Part shown: positions 30,593-40,553 of the stretch, one piece after another | How positions within the stretch are numbered: the first letter of the stretch is position 1 | Layout: the number at the start of each line of letters is the position of its first letter | From: Planctomycetota bacterium | GTDB lineage: Bacteria; Planctomycetota; UBA1135; UBA2386 | Length of the DNA stretch: 64,000 nt | Assembly (NCBI GenBank): GCA_965223545.1 | Contig: OZ245006.1 | Coordinates: 2,912,001 to 2,976,000 of the forward strand | Direction: 5' to 3' | The notes under the pieces: generated by a model | Seen by the model: only the letters and a program-made list of their open reading frames with translations | What the model was told of the DNA's origin: nothing | Databases searched by the model: none | Position numbers and translations under genes: made by a program

Positions 30593-32287
30593 ATGGACAA
30601 GACGCTTCAGTGTAGGATTCGCGCCCAGCTCGAGCAGAACGCCGGCCAGCGTGCGTTGGCGCACGTCGATGCGGAGGGGTGCTTTGCGTGGAAGACCGCC
30701 GGAGACGTCCACCGCTGGGCATCGGGCTACGCGTCCCACCTGACCGAGCTCGGCCTGCGTGCGGGCGACGTCTGCGTCCTCGCCCTGCAGAGCGACGAGG
30801 ACTGCATGGGGACGCTGATGGCGAGCCTGATGCTTGGCGCGAAACCGCTGCTCATCGCGCCACCCACGATCCACGTCAAGAAGGGATTCTCCAACCTCGC
30901 CCGCGTCCTGGGGCACGTCGTCGCCAAGGTCGAGCCGCGCGTCGTCATCGGCCCGACCGAGATCGCCGACATGCAACCCGAGCTGCAACGGGCGCACGGC
31001 GGCGCACGGTTCGTCTTCGGCACCGACGATCTCGCCGGCCCGGGTCCCACCGACCCGATCGAGATCCACAGCACCGCCCCCGCGGACACCGCCGTTCTCC
31101 AGCTGACCTCCGGCACGACGGGCCTACCGCGAGTCTGTGCTTGGACGCAGACAAACGTGATCGCGTCGCTCGAGGGCATGCAGGTGTCCATGGATCTGCG
31201 CGACGACGACATCTGCCTCAACTGGACCCCGCTCTACCACGACATGGGGTTGGTCAACAACTTCTTGCTGTGCTTCACCAGCGGCGTGCCGCTGGCCATG
31301 CTCGATCCCATCGACTTCGTCCGCAATCCGGTCCTTTGGCTGCGAGCCCTGCACGCGACGGGTGCAACACAGACTTGGTCGCCCAACTTCGGCTTCGCGC
31401 TGACCGCCGACAAGGCGCGCGCCGAAGACCTCGTAGGAGTCGATCTCAGTGGCGTACGCGCGTTCTGGAACGCCGCCGAGCGCATCCACCACGAGACCAT
31501 GGAGGCGTTCGCCGAGCGGTTCGCCGAGATCGGTGTCGCACCAGAGGCGCTGAAGACCAATTTCGGCTGCGCCGAGAACGTCGGTGGAGCGACGTTCAGC
31601 GACCCTCATGGTCGGTATCTCGTCGAGACCGTCGACCGGCGCCGGCTGTACGAAGACGGCATCGCCGAACCAACCGAGGACGCCACCCGAAGCGTGCCCA
31701 TCGTCGGCTGCGGCCGGCCCTGGCCCGGGCTCACGATCCACATCCTCGACGAAGATCGACAGCCACTTCCCGACGGCCACGTCGGCGACATCGCACTCGA
31801 CACTCCGTCCCGCATGATCGGCTACCACGGAGATCCCGAGCAGACCGCGACGGCCCTGCACAACGGCTGGGTCATCACCGGCGACCTCGCCTACCAGCGC
31901 GATGGCGAGCTGTTCTGGGTCGGCAGGTCGCGCGAGCGGATCGCGTACTTCGGCAAGAAGCTCGATCCCAGCGACTTCGAACGCGCTTTGCTCGGCATCC
32001 AAGAGCTGCGGCCGAGCTGCTTCGCCGTGTTCGGCATCGACGACCACGCGCTGGGCACCGAGCGCGTCGTGCTCGCCGCCGAGCTGCGCAAGGGGAGCAG
32101 TGCCGATCCCGAAGATGTGCTCGACGCGATGCGCGCCGCGGTCTACCAAGAGCTCGGCGTCAAGCTCGACGACATCCTCCTGGTGCCCACGGGCACGCTG
32201 ACCAAGACCTCCAGCGGCAAACGCCGCAACCGGCACTTCCGCGAGCTCTACCTCGCCGGCGAGCTCGAACCCCTCCGCATCGGCTGA
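30593..32287 (+). CDS. Fatty acyl-AMP ligase (FAAL)-like adenylate-forming enzyme
   Basis: 'QLTSGTTGLPR', 'WTPLYHDMGLV', 'SPNFGF', 'FGCAEN', 'TGDL' and 'KTSSGK'. Confidence 0.88.
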   Translation: MDKTLQCRIRAQLEQNAGQRALAHVDAEGCFAWKTAGDVHRWASGYASHLTELGLRAGDVCVLALQSDEDCMGTLMASLMLGAKPLLIAPPTIHVKKGFSNLARVLGHVVAKVEPRVVIGPTEIADMQPELQRAHGGARFVFGTDDLAGPGPTDPIEIHSTAPADTAVLQLTSGTTGLPRVCAWTQTNVIASLEGMQVSMDLRDDDICLNWTPLYHDMGLVNNFLLCFTSGVPLAMLDPIDFVRNPVLWLRALHATGATQTWSPNFGFALTADKARAEDLVGVDLSGVRAFWNAAERIHHETMEAFAERFAEIGVAPEALKTNFGCAENVGGATFSDPHGRYLVETVDRRRLYEDGIAEPTEDATRSVPIVGCGRPWPGLTIHILDEDRQPLPDGHVGDIALDTPSRMIGYHGDPEQTATALHNGWVITGDLAYQRDGELFWVGRSRERIAYFGKKLDPSDFERALLGIQELRPSCFAVFGIDDHALGTERVVLAAELRKGSSADPEDVLDAMRAAVYQELGVKLDDILLVPTGTLTKTSSGKRRNRHFRELYLAGELEPLRIG

Positions 32288-32295
32288 CGCCCGCC

Positions 32296-32904
32296 ATGAC
32301 CATCCCCGACAGCGTTTTCGTGCACGAGAAGGCTCTGGTCCAGAGTGACGACATCGGCAAGGGCACCCGCATCTGGGCGTTCACCAACATCCGCAAGGGC
32401 GCGCACATCGGCGAGGACTGCAACATCTGCGACTACGCCGTCGTCGATGGCTACATCGGCGATCGCGTCACACTCAAGGACTACGCCGCGGTCGGCCTCG
32501 GCGTGCACGTCGAAGACGACGTCTTCATCGGACCCCAGGCGGTCACCACCAACGACGGCGCGCCGCGCTCACCGCGGATGAGAGGAGTGCCCGGCGTCGA
32601 GCAGCGCTACGCCGACGAACGCAACTGGCTGTTGACCACGCGGCTGTGCCGGGGAGCGACGATCGGCGCGGGCGTGATCGTCACTCCCGGCGTCACGGTC
32701 GGCGAGTTCGCGATGATCTCTGCCGGCGCGGTCGTGGTGACGGATGTTCCCGCGCACGCGCTGATTCAAGGCAATCCCGGGCGGCAGTGGGGATGGGTCT
32801 GCTTCTGCGGCGGCCGGTTGACCGTGGCGGATGACGGCCTGTCGGACTGCGAGCAGTGTCAGCAGAGATTCCGCACGACCGACGACGGCGTCGAGGCCGT
32901 GTAG
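32296..32904 (+). CDS. Hexapeptide-repeat N-acetyltransferase (WbpD/WxcM-like) with a C-terminal Cys4 ribbon
   Basis: 'IGKGTRIWAF...GAHIGEDCNICD', 'FIGPQAVTTND..PRS', 'GNPGRQWGWVCFCG...CEQC'. Confidence 0.88.
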   Translation: MTIPDSVFVHEKALVQSDDIGKGTRIWAFTNIRKGAHIGEDCNICDYAVVDGYIGDRVTLKDYAAVGLGVHVEDDVFIGPQAVTTNDGAPRSPRMRGVPGVEQRYADERNWLLTTRLCRGATIGAGVIVTPGVTVGEFAMISAGAVVVTDVPAHALIQGNPGRQWGWVCFCGGRLTVADDGLSDCEQCQQRFRTTDDGVEAV

Positions 32905-32917
32905 CTGCCGCGACCGC

Positions 32918-33640
32918 CTACTTCCGCAGGCCCAGGCCGACGAGAAAGATCGGTCGCAGGATGCGGTACCAATCCACCAGCGGCTTCATCTTCGTCCGCC
33001 CCAGCTCCTTCGGCGGATAGGTCTTGGTGCACGGCACCTCGGTGGTCTTGTAGCCGAGCTTGATCAACTTCATCAGCAGGTAGACCTCGAGCTCGTAGCG
33101 GTCCAGCCAACTCTGGTAGAGGTCGATGCGCGAGTCGTCGAGCACACTGAGCTTCATGCCGCGAAACCCATTCGTGCTTTCGGTGATGCGGCGGCGGCAA
33201 AACAGGCCGACGAGCCACGGGTGCAGGCGCGTCGCGACCTTGCGGTAGAACGGCATGTCTCCGCCGTAGCCACCGCCGTCGAGGTAGCGGGACCCCATGA
33301 CGAAGTCGTAGTCCTCGTCGCAAATCGGATCGAGCAGCCGCGGGATCTCGTCGGGATCGTCCTTGTTGTTGCCGGCCACCATCGCCACCAGATCGTGGCC
33401 GTTGGCGCGGCACACTTCGAACCCGCGGCGGATCGCCTTGCCGACGCCGACGCACGCCCCCAGCTCGACCACGGTCGCCCCGGCATCGCGACAGATCTGC
33501 GCCGTGCGATCGGTCGAGCCATCGTCGATGACGACGATCTCGTCGACGATGTCGCGCGGGATGCGCCGCATCACTTCACCGATCTTCGGCTCCTCGTTGT
33601 AGGCGCAGGTGAGGACGGCGACGCGCCGGTTCTTGTACAC
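32918..33640 (-). CDS. Glycosyltransferase family 2 (DPM1/ArnC-like polyprenol-phosphate sugar transferase)
   Basis: 'AYNEE', 'VIDDGSTDRT', 'GVGKAIRRG', 'FVMGSRYLDGG' and 'ITESTNGFR'. Confidence 0.9.
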   Translation of the reverse strand: MYKNRRVAVLTCAYNEEPKIGEVMRRIPRDIVDEIVVIDDGSTDRTAQICRDAGATVVELGACVGVGKAIRRGFEVCRANGHDLVAMVAGNNKDDPDEIPRLLDPICDEDYDFVMGSRYLDGGGYGGDMPFYRKVATRLHPWLVGLFCRRRITESTNGFRGMKLSVLDDSRIDLYQSWLDRYELEVYLLMKLIKLGYKTTEVPCTKTYPPKELGRTKMKPLVDWYRILRPIFLVGLGLRK

Positions 33641-33809
33641 GAGCTAAGGGGCGGAATGCGGTGGACGAGGGCGCAGCAGTCTGCCACGACCAACCGAGCG
33701 GCGCAACCGAGCACGCCGCGGCGGCCGTGACGGGGCGGCGGGATCGAGCCCACGAGAAGGGGGATTCGGATGACGCGACCACCTCTTGTCCTCTAGGGTG
33801 GCCAAAAGC

Positions 33810-35051
33810 ATGCCGCTCGCCACTGCCGACAACGCCGTCATCAACCAGCCGATGCCAGTACTCGCGGTGCTCCTGGCGGTGCTGGCCGCGCTCTTCATGG
33901 CCAAGAAGACCGCGATCGGAACGCGCGTCTACCGCATCGTTCCCATCCTGGTGTTCTGCTACTTCGTGCCAACGCTGCTGTCGAACACCGGCATCATTCC
34001 GAGCAACGGCGACTTCGAGCTCTACGTCTTCATCAAGGACTGGCTACTGCCGGCGAGCCTCTTCCTCCTGGTGATGGCGGTCGACATCGTCGCGATTCTG
34101 CGACTCGGCCCCACCGTGCTGGTGCTGTTCGTCGTGGCGTTCGTCAGCGTGGTGATCGGAGGCCCGCTGTCCTACTTGGCCCTCGGCTGGTTGATCGATC
34201 CCGCGCACCTCGACCAGACGTGGCGCGGGCTCGCCGCGCTCAGTGGATCTTGGATCGGCGGTGGCGCCAACATGACCGCGATCAAGGAGAGCGTCGGCAC
34301 CAGCGACGACATGCTCGGCGCGATCATCGTCGTCGACGTCTTCGTCGCGGAAATCTGGACCGCGGTCCTGTTCTGGTTCGCCGGCCGCGAGCTCGCGATG
34401 GACCGCGCGCTGGGTGCCGACCGCGCCAAGCTGGACGAAGTCCGCCGTCGTGCCGAAGAGTATCAGGAGCGCGTGCGCCGCCCGACCGACCTCGGCAGCT
34501 TGCTGGCGATGCTCGCCCTGGCGTTCGGCGCCACCGCGGTCGCCCGCGAGCTCTCGGGATGGCTCGTGCAGGTGTTGCCGGAGAACGACATTCTCGGGTC
34601 GTTCACCTGGACGGTCATCCTGGTGACGATGTTCGGGCTGGGCGCCTCGTTCACCCGGTGCCGTGCACTCGAAGGCGCGGGAGCCAGCGAGGTCGGGTCG
34701 GTGCTCTTGTTCGTCCTGGTCGCCAGCATCGGAGCCAAAGCACACTTCGCCAAAGTGGTCACGAAGGAGAACCTCCCGCTCGTCGCCATCGGCGCGCTCT
34801 GGATGCTGATCCACGTCGGCGCGATCATGACGACGCGCCGCTGGCTGAAGGCACCGATCTTCTTCGCGGCGATCGGATCGCGCGCGTGCATCGGTGGCGC
34901 CGCATCGTCTCCGGTCGTCGCCGCCGCGTTCAACCCGGCACTGGTGCCGGTCGGCGTACTGCTCGCCATCCTCGGCTACGTGGTCGGCACGATCGGTGGC
35001 GTGATCTGCGCGTTCTTGCTGCGCGCGGTGCATATGGGCGTCTACGCGTAG
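33810..35051 (+). CDS. DUF819 family multi-pass membrane protein
   Basis: About 10 hydrophobic segments, with 'GSWIGGGANM' and 'SRACIGGAASSPVVAAAF'. Confidence 0.8.
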   Translation: MPLATADNAVINQPMPVLAVLLAVLAALFMAKKTAIGTRVYRIVPILVFCYFVPTLLSNTGIIPSNGDFELYVFIKDWLLPASLFLLVMAVDIVAILRLGPTVLVLFVVAFVSVVIGGPLSYLALGWLIDPAHLDQTWRGLAALSGSWIGGGANMTAIKESVGTSDDMLGAIIVVDVFVAEIWTAVLFWFAGRELAMDRALGADRAKLDEVRRRAEEYQERVRRPTDLGSLLAMLALAFGATAVARELSGWLVQVLPENDILGSFTWTVILVTMFGLGASFTRCRALEGAGASEVGSVLLFVLVASIGAKAHFAKVVTKENLPLVAIGALWMLIHVGAIMTTRRWLKAPIFFAAIGSRACIGGAASSPVVAAAFNPALVPVGVLLAILGYVVGTIGGVICAFLLRAVHMGVYA

Positions 35052-35217
35052 CTGCCCCCGCCCAAGCGGTTGCGTCACACCGCAAACACGGCGAGTTGGT
35101 GGAACTGGTGCGCAGGAATCGCCCCCGGATGGCCGACACCAAGTGCAGGGCCATCGCACGTTCGTGCACGCGTGGCTGCCCTCCACCGACTCGAACTCCC
35201 CGAACCACGAGCACAAG

Positions 35218-36198
35218 ATGACGAATCAGGTCTGGACCTCGTTGGCTCTCGTCGTCGCCCTGCCGATGCTCATCGGCTGCGGCGCCGAACAGGCACCGAC
35301 AAACCAAGAACAGCCGGCGCAACCCACCTCGAACCCGACGCCGCTCGCTCCCCCACCGGCCCCGGCGGTCGAGACCGCGTCCACGCCGCGGCCCGCGGCC
35401 AAGACGTTGCGCTGGGTGGGTTGCGGAATCACGAAGAAGGCTTTCATGCACGCGCTGGCAACCGAGTACGAGAAGGCCTCGGGCACCAAGATCACCCTCG
35501 AGGGTGGCGGCGCGACGCGCGGCATTCGCGACGTCGCCGCCGGTAACACCGACCTGGGCGGCAGCTGCCGGCACAAGATCCTCGATCCGCAAGAGCTCGA
35601 CTGCGAGCTCCACCCCGTCGGCTGGGATGCGGTCGTCGCCATCGTTCATCCCGACAACCCGTTGTCCGACATCTCGGTGGAACAGCTGCGCGGCGTTTTC
35701 ACCGGCAGGATTCGATCCTGGTCGCAGCTGGGTGGCGCGGACGTCCCGATCGAGGTCTTGATCCGCACCGGCAAGACGTCCGGCGTGGGCTTGATGGGAC
35801 GCGAGCTCCTGTTCGCCGACCCCGAACTGGACTACCTGCCCGAAGCGGTCGAGTTCAAGAGCTCCGGTCCGCTCGAGCAGGCCCTCGAGCAGCGCCCCCA
35901 CGCAATCGCCTTGACCGGCATCTCCAGCGCCAAGAAGCGCGCGGTCAAGGTCCTGCAGCTGGCCGGCTCGACACCGAGCATGGAGAACCTCATCGCGGGT
36001 CGTTACTCGCTCGTCCGCCCGCTGTACCTGGTGACCGCCAAGAAGCCGCGCGCCGAGGTCACAGCGTTCCTCGACTTCATGCAGAGTCCGCGCGGACAAG
36101 CCGTGATCGAGCGCGAGGGGACAGTTCCCCTGGCCACTGGCGCGCGCCTGTGGACGGCCTACCGCGAGCGCATCCAGGCGGCCAACGAACGCCGCTAG
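35218..36198 (+). CDS. PstS-like periplasmic binding lipoprotein
   Basis: Lipobox 'LIGC' and a Pro-rich linker. Motifs 'GGGATRGIRDV', 'VGWDAVVAIVHPDNP', 'FTGRIRSWSQLGG' and 'YSLVRPLYL'. Confidence 0.82.
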   Translation: MTNQVWTSLALVVALPMLIGCGAEQAPTNQEQPAQPTSNPTPLAPPPAPAVETASTPRPAAKTLRWVGCGITKKAFMHALATEYEKASGTKITLEGGGATRGIRDVAAGNTDLGGSCRHKILDPQELDCELHPVGWDAVVAIVHPDNPLSDISVEQLRGVFTGRIRSWSQLGGADVPIEVLIRTGKTSGVGLMGRELLFADPELDYLPEAVEFKSSGPLEQALEQRPHAIALTGISSAKKRAVKVLQLAGSTPSMENLIAGRYSLVRPLYLVTAKKPRAEVTAFLDFMQSPRGQAVIEREGTVPLATGARLWTAYRERIQAANERR

Positions 36199-36254
36199 AG
36201 ACGGACTCCTCACGCGTCTGGCGAGAAAATCGAGTCAGACTCGGTACTGGTCGC

Positions 36255-37265
36255 TTAGCGTTCGAGGCGGGCGGTCTCGAACGAGGCCTCGGCGCCGTCT
36301 CGAGTCGTGCGCGCGGCCAGCGCCACGCTGGTGACGCTGCGCGCGATGTCGCCGGTGTGCACCGCGGCGGCGGCGATGCTCTCCAGGATCGCATCGGCGG
36401 TGAGCGTGTGCTCGCGTACGAGGCCGGCGATCGTCTCCTGTGCCGTGCTGGCTCCTTCGATCAGGTCGCGCATCTCGGCGATGCGTGCCGTGCTCTCGGT
36501 GATCGCCGCCTGCAACCCGGCGAGGCGATCCATGGCGGACTGAGAGGCGTGCGCGGTCAGCTGTGCCAGGTTGGAAACTTCATCGGCGACCACGGCGAAG
36601 GGCTCGCCGCGACGCCCCACACGCGTCGCCTCGACGCGGGCGTTGAGCGCGATCATCTTGGTCTGCGCGGCGATCTGGCGGATCGAGCTGACCACACCGT
36701 CGATGTGGAAGCTGCCGCTCTCCAGGATCTGCACCGAGCTCCCGAGCTCCTGCGCCGAACGCACCGCGTCCGCGGTGAGCGCCGTCGTACGGTTGGCCTC
36801 TCCGGCGATCTCGAACAGGCTGTTGCGCACATCGCCGACCGCGTCCGCGGCCTGACGGACGCTCTCACCCACCGAGTTGGCGGCCTTGGCCACGCCCTCG
36901 GCACGCAGCATGGTCTCCTCGATGTTGAGCATCATCCGCTCGCTGACCTCCAGCAGCCGCGCCTGCTTCTCGCTCACGATGGCGCTTTGCTGGGCAGTCT
37001 CGCGCGCCTGCGCCGACTCAGCGGCTGCCAACTGACGCTCGGACCTCGCGGTTCCCCAACGCCGGCCGACACAGAGCCCCGCGGCGGTGGCCGCCGCGAC
37101 CGCGACGACGAAGACGAGCTCGGATCGCGGCAACCCCCTGCCGAGAACCGGCAGGCAAGCCATGCTCATCAACGCCGTGATTGCCAGACACGCCGCCGAG
37201 GCGAACAGCACCCAACGCGAGGCCAGCACGCCGAGGCGCGCACGCAGATTCCCGAGGTCCCTCAT
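36255..37265 (-). CDS. Methyl-accepting chemotaxis protein (two TM helices, no periplasmic sensor, degenerate signalling tip)
   Basis: 'IAAQTKMIALNARVEATRVGRRGEPFAVVADEVSNLA'. The start is uncertain because the ORF extends to 37424. Confidence 0.8.
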   Translation of the reverse strand: MRDLGNLRARLGVLASRWVLFASAACLAITALMSMACLPVLGRGLPRSELVFVVAVAAATAAGLCVGRRWGTARSERQLAAAESAQARETAQQSAIVSEKQARLLEVSERMMLNIEETMLRAEGVAKAANSVGESVRQAADAVGDVRNSLFEIAGEANRTTALTADAVRSAQELGSSVQILESGSFHIDGVVSSIRQIAAQTKMIALNARVEATRVGRRGEPFAVVADEVSNLAQLTAHASQSAMDRLAGLQAAITESTARIAEMRDLIEGASTAQETIAGLVREHTLTADAILESIAAAAVHTGDIARSVTSVALAARTTRDGAEASFETARLER

Positions 37266-37515
37266 CCAACCCGGTGCCCCCGTCAACCCGACGATGAAAG
37301 GGCACCACTGGGTCGTCCTGTCGGCGCGGTGCACAGATCTCTTTAGGTACGTCGACAATCCAGACAGCCGCCCGCACCAGAGGTCCCTTGACATCGACGC
37401 CCCGGGCACCCGCTCGTCGCTCAAGCGCGCAGCCGCAACACGCCGATGTCGCAGGGGGTGAGAAGGGGAGTTCCCTGGGAGCCGTGGCGACGGCGCCTAC
37501 GCCCGAGAGCCAGCG

Positions 37516-38320
37516 ATGCCCGCCGCCAATACGAAGCCCACTCGAGCCCTGCTCGTCGACGACAGCCCATTGGTCGTCGAGCTTCTCACTCGCGCGCTGC
37601 AAACAACCGGGGCGATCGAAGTCGTGGGCGCGGCGAACAACGGCCGCAGCGCCGTTCGACTCACCGACAGCCTGCGCCCCGACGTAGTGGTCATGGACGT
37701 GAAGATGCCGGTCATGGACGGCATCACCGCGGTCGGCGAGATCATGCGCACCTGCCCGGTGCCGATCTTGGTCCTCTCCGACTCGGAATCCGCGGAGATC
37801 TCCGACCTCACCTTTCGCGCGCTCAGCCACGGCGCGATCGACTTCCGGTCGAAGCCGCGGGACGACGCCGATCGCGGCGTGGTTGCAACGCACGGCCGCC
37901 ATTCGCGTCGAGGTTGCCGAGCACGGCTCGCGCCTTGAAGCGGGGGTCGCTTTCATCGCGCCTTGGGGCACGCATACCAGAGTCGATGCCCGCGCCGCAC
38001 GGGTGGAGCTCTCGACCAGGAGCGCCCGCGAGCACGCGTTCGTGCCGGCCGCCGACGCCCTGTTCGAGTCCATGGTCCGCCTTGGCCCGACGGCCAGCGG
38101 GATCGTCTTGACCGGCCTCGGACAGGACGGCGCGCACGGTCTGCTCGCCTTGGCCGGCACCGGTGCGACGACGATCGCGCAGGACCCGTCGACGTGCGTG
38201 GCAAGCTCGATGCCGTCGACGGCGATCGGCTTGGGCGCGGCGGGGCGTGTGATGACTCCGGAACAGATCACCAGATGGCTGTCAGCCGCTGCGATGTGCA
38301 GCGTGCAGGGGGGAGACTGA
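37516..38320 (+). pseudogene. cheB: cheB (REC + methylesterase) with an internal deletion and frameshift
   Basis: REC domain in one frame ('LLVDDSP...VVVMDVKMPVMDG...AIDFRSKP'). The C-terminal methylesterase half lies in another frame from ~37871 ('IAAWLQRT...FIAP...PAADALFESM...GIVLTGLGQDGAHG...TIAQD...SMP'). The 'GASTGG' and 'QH' segments are absent. Confidence 0.82.
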
Positions 38321-38712
38321 TGAGCAAGCGTCCCAAGGTCGTCGTCGTCGACGACAGTCCGATCGTCCTCCGGGCAGTCGAGTCCGCACTCTTGCACCAT
38401 GGGTGGGACGTAGTACCGCTGGACGATGTCAACGCCGGCGCGGCGCGCATCCTCGACGAGAACGCGGACATCGTCCTCCTCGACGTGCACATGCCGTCGC
38501 TCTCGGGAGAGAGCCTGACGCGGCTCTTGTTGAGCCGCAACCGCAACGGCGCGACCAAGGTGATTCTGCACTCCAGCAACACCGCCGCGAATCTCCGGCA
38601 GCTGGTGCGCGAGACCGGGGCGCACGGGTTCGTGCAGAAGAGCGCCGACGCGGCGGGCCTGCACAGCAAGCTGCAGTCGTTCTTGAGCACCGAACCCGAC
38701 GCACGGGACTGA
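38320..38712 (+). CDS. Single-domain CheY-like response regulator
   Basis: 'VVVVDDSP', 'IVLLDVHMPSLSG', 'VILHSS' and 'GFVQKS'. TGATG overlap with the cheB remnant. Confidence 0.88.
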   Translation: MSKRPKVVVVDDSPIVLRAVESALLHHGWDVVPLDDVNAGAARILDENADIVLLDVHMPSLSGESLTRLLLSRNRNGATKVILHSSNTAANLRQLVRETGAHGFVQKSADAAGLHSKLQSFLSTEPDARD

Positions 38713-38737
38713 CCGCGACAGCATCGACAGTCAAGCC

Positions 38738-40537
38738 ATGTGGTGGAGCAACCTATCCGTTTCGCGCAAGCTGTTGATCGGCTTCGGCGCGGTCTTGTTC
38801 ATCGTCGTCTGGCAAGCGCAGCGCAGCTACTCGGCGATCGATGAGCTGCACACCCGGATCGGCGGCGTCATCGACGGCGCCGTCGCCAAGGACGAAGTCG
38901 CCAGCGAGATCTTGATCCAGGCCAAGGAGTGCCGCGCGCTCGAGGTCGAGTTCTCCAGCCGCCGCAACCCCGAGCTACTGGACCGTTACGCCACGTCGTT
39001 CGCCCGGCTGCAGGCGGGCATCGAACAGCTCCGGCACAGCGGCGGCCCGGACTCCCAGCAAGATGCCGACCGCCTCCGCGGCCTCGCCGACGCCCTCTTC
39101 ATTTCCTGGAACGAGATGGTGACGGCCCAGACCGAGCTCGGCTTCGACCAGCACTCCGGACTGCAGGGGAGGTTCCACCGCGGAGCACAACGACTGCGGG
39201 AGGAGCTGGACGCCCGCAGCGCCGACGACCAAGCCGCGACCGCCGCCGTCACGACTCTGCTCGAGCTCGAACGGCTCGAGACCAACTACTTGCTCTGGCA
39301 AGACGAGAACGACGCAGCGACCGTCCAACAGACGTGCGCCGCGCTGGAGAAGCACATCCAGCAGCTGAGCGCCTCGCCGGAGGAGTCTCAAGCGTTGGTG
39401 AAGACGGTGCGCACCTGTCGTGATGCGTTCCTGTGGATCGTCGAACAGTCCAGCGTCACCCAGAATCGGGCGGACAAGCTGGCGGAGACGACCGCCGCGA
39501 TCGTCACCGTGGCACACGACGTCTCGACCCGATCGCGCGAGGCACGCAAGTCTCAGCTGGCAGACATCTCGAGCTTCGCGCAGGCGCAAGAATCCACCGC
39601 GTTGCTGCTCGGACTGATCGCCTGTGCCATCGGTATCGGCGTTTCGATTCTGATTGCCTACTCCCTGACCCGGCCGCTGACCATCGTTCTCGACCGACTC
39701 CGTGACGTCGTCGAGGGCGAGCGCAATCTGACCAAGCGCATTCGGCTGTCGTCGCGGTCGGACGAGATCGGCATCCTCTCGGTCCGGTTCGACAAGTTCC
39801 TCGACCGGATGCACGAGCTGGTTCGTGTCTTGCAGACCAGCGTGACCGACCTGGACTCGGCGGCGACGGAGCTGATGGGCAGCGCCCAACAAACCCAAGC
39901 CGGCGCCACCGAACAGGCGGCCTCGATCGAAGAGTCCCGGCGGTCGCTGGAGAGTCTGACCGTCAGCGCACAGCACGTGCTCTCGGTCGGACAGGCCGTG
40001 CGAGAGCGCGCCGAGATGTCGCAAGCCATCGCCGGCCAGATCGGCGAGAAGGTCGCCGACCTGTCCAAGCACAGCGAACGCATCGATGAGATCCTCGAGC
40101 TGATCAAGGAGATCGCCAACAAAAGCGATCTGCTGGCGCTGAACGCCGCTCTGGAGGGAACCCGGGCCGGCGAATCCGGCCGCGGCTTCTCCCTCGTCGC
40201 CACCCAGATGCAACGCCTGGCCGAGCAGGTGATGGGGTCGGTGAAGAGCATCTCGGTGCTGGTCAACGACATCGCGGAGGCCACCAACGGCTGCGTGCTG
40301 GCGAGCGAGGAGGCGATCAAGATCGCCGTCGATACGACCGAGTCCGCCCGCGAGATCGAGCGCGCAGTCGCCGAGCAGAAGGCCGGCACGCAGGAGTCCT
40401 CGGTCTCGATGGATCAGATCTCGGCAGTCACTCGCGATTCGTTGACCGCCACCAAGGCAGTCGTCACCGCCGCCGATCGCCTCAACATCCTGTCGGTGGG
40501 AGTGCGCAAGCTCGTCGACACCTACGTCGTCGACTGA
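38738..40537 (+). CDS. Methyl-accepting chemotaxis protein (TM, sensor, TM, HAMP, short signalling domain)
   Basis: Two TM segments, HAMP motif 'RSDEIGILSVRFDKF' and tip 'LLALNAALEGTRAGESGRGFSLVATQMQRLAE'. Confidence 0.92.
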   Translation: MWWSNLSVSRKLLIGFGAVLFIVVWQAQRSYSAIDELHTRIGGVIDGAVAKDEVASEILIQAKECRALEVEFSSRRNPELLDRYATSFARLQAGIEQLRHSGGPDSQQDADRLRGLADALFISWNEMVTAQTELGFDQHSGLQGRFHRGAQRLREELDARSADDQAATAAVTTLLELERLETNYLLWQDENDAATVQQTCAALEKHIQQLSASPEESQALVKTVRTCRDAFLWIVEQSSVTQNRADKLAETTAAIVTVAHDVSTRSREARKSQLADISSFAQAQESTALLLGLIACAIGIGVSILIAYSLTRPLTIVLDRLRDVVEGERNLTKRIRLSSRSDEIGILSVRFDKFLDRMHELVRVLQTSVTDLDSAATELMGSAQQTQAGATEQAASIEESRRSLESLTVSAQHVLSVGQAVRERAEMSQAIAGQIGEKVADLSKHSERIDEILELIKEIANKSDLLALNAALEGTRAGESGRGFSLVATQMQRLAEQVMGSVKSISVLVNDIAEATNGCVLASEEAIKIAVDTTESAREIERAVAEQKAGTQESSVSMDQISAVTRDSLTATKAVVTAADRLNILSVGVRKLVDTYVVD

Positions 40538-40553
40538 CGACTTCGGTCTCCAG

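Noticed and set aside
37419..37439. gctcaagcgcgcagccgcaac resembling the element's terminal motif
   Set aside because: The hairpin stem is broken and no downstream homology follows, so it may be chance in GC-rich DNA.
37860..37890. Programmed frameshift restoring CheB
   Set aside because: No slippery sequence, and the catalytic segment is missing in all frames.
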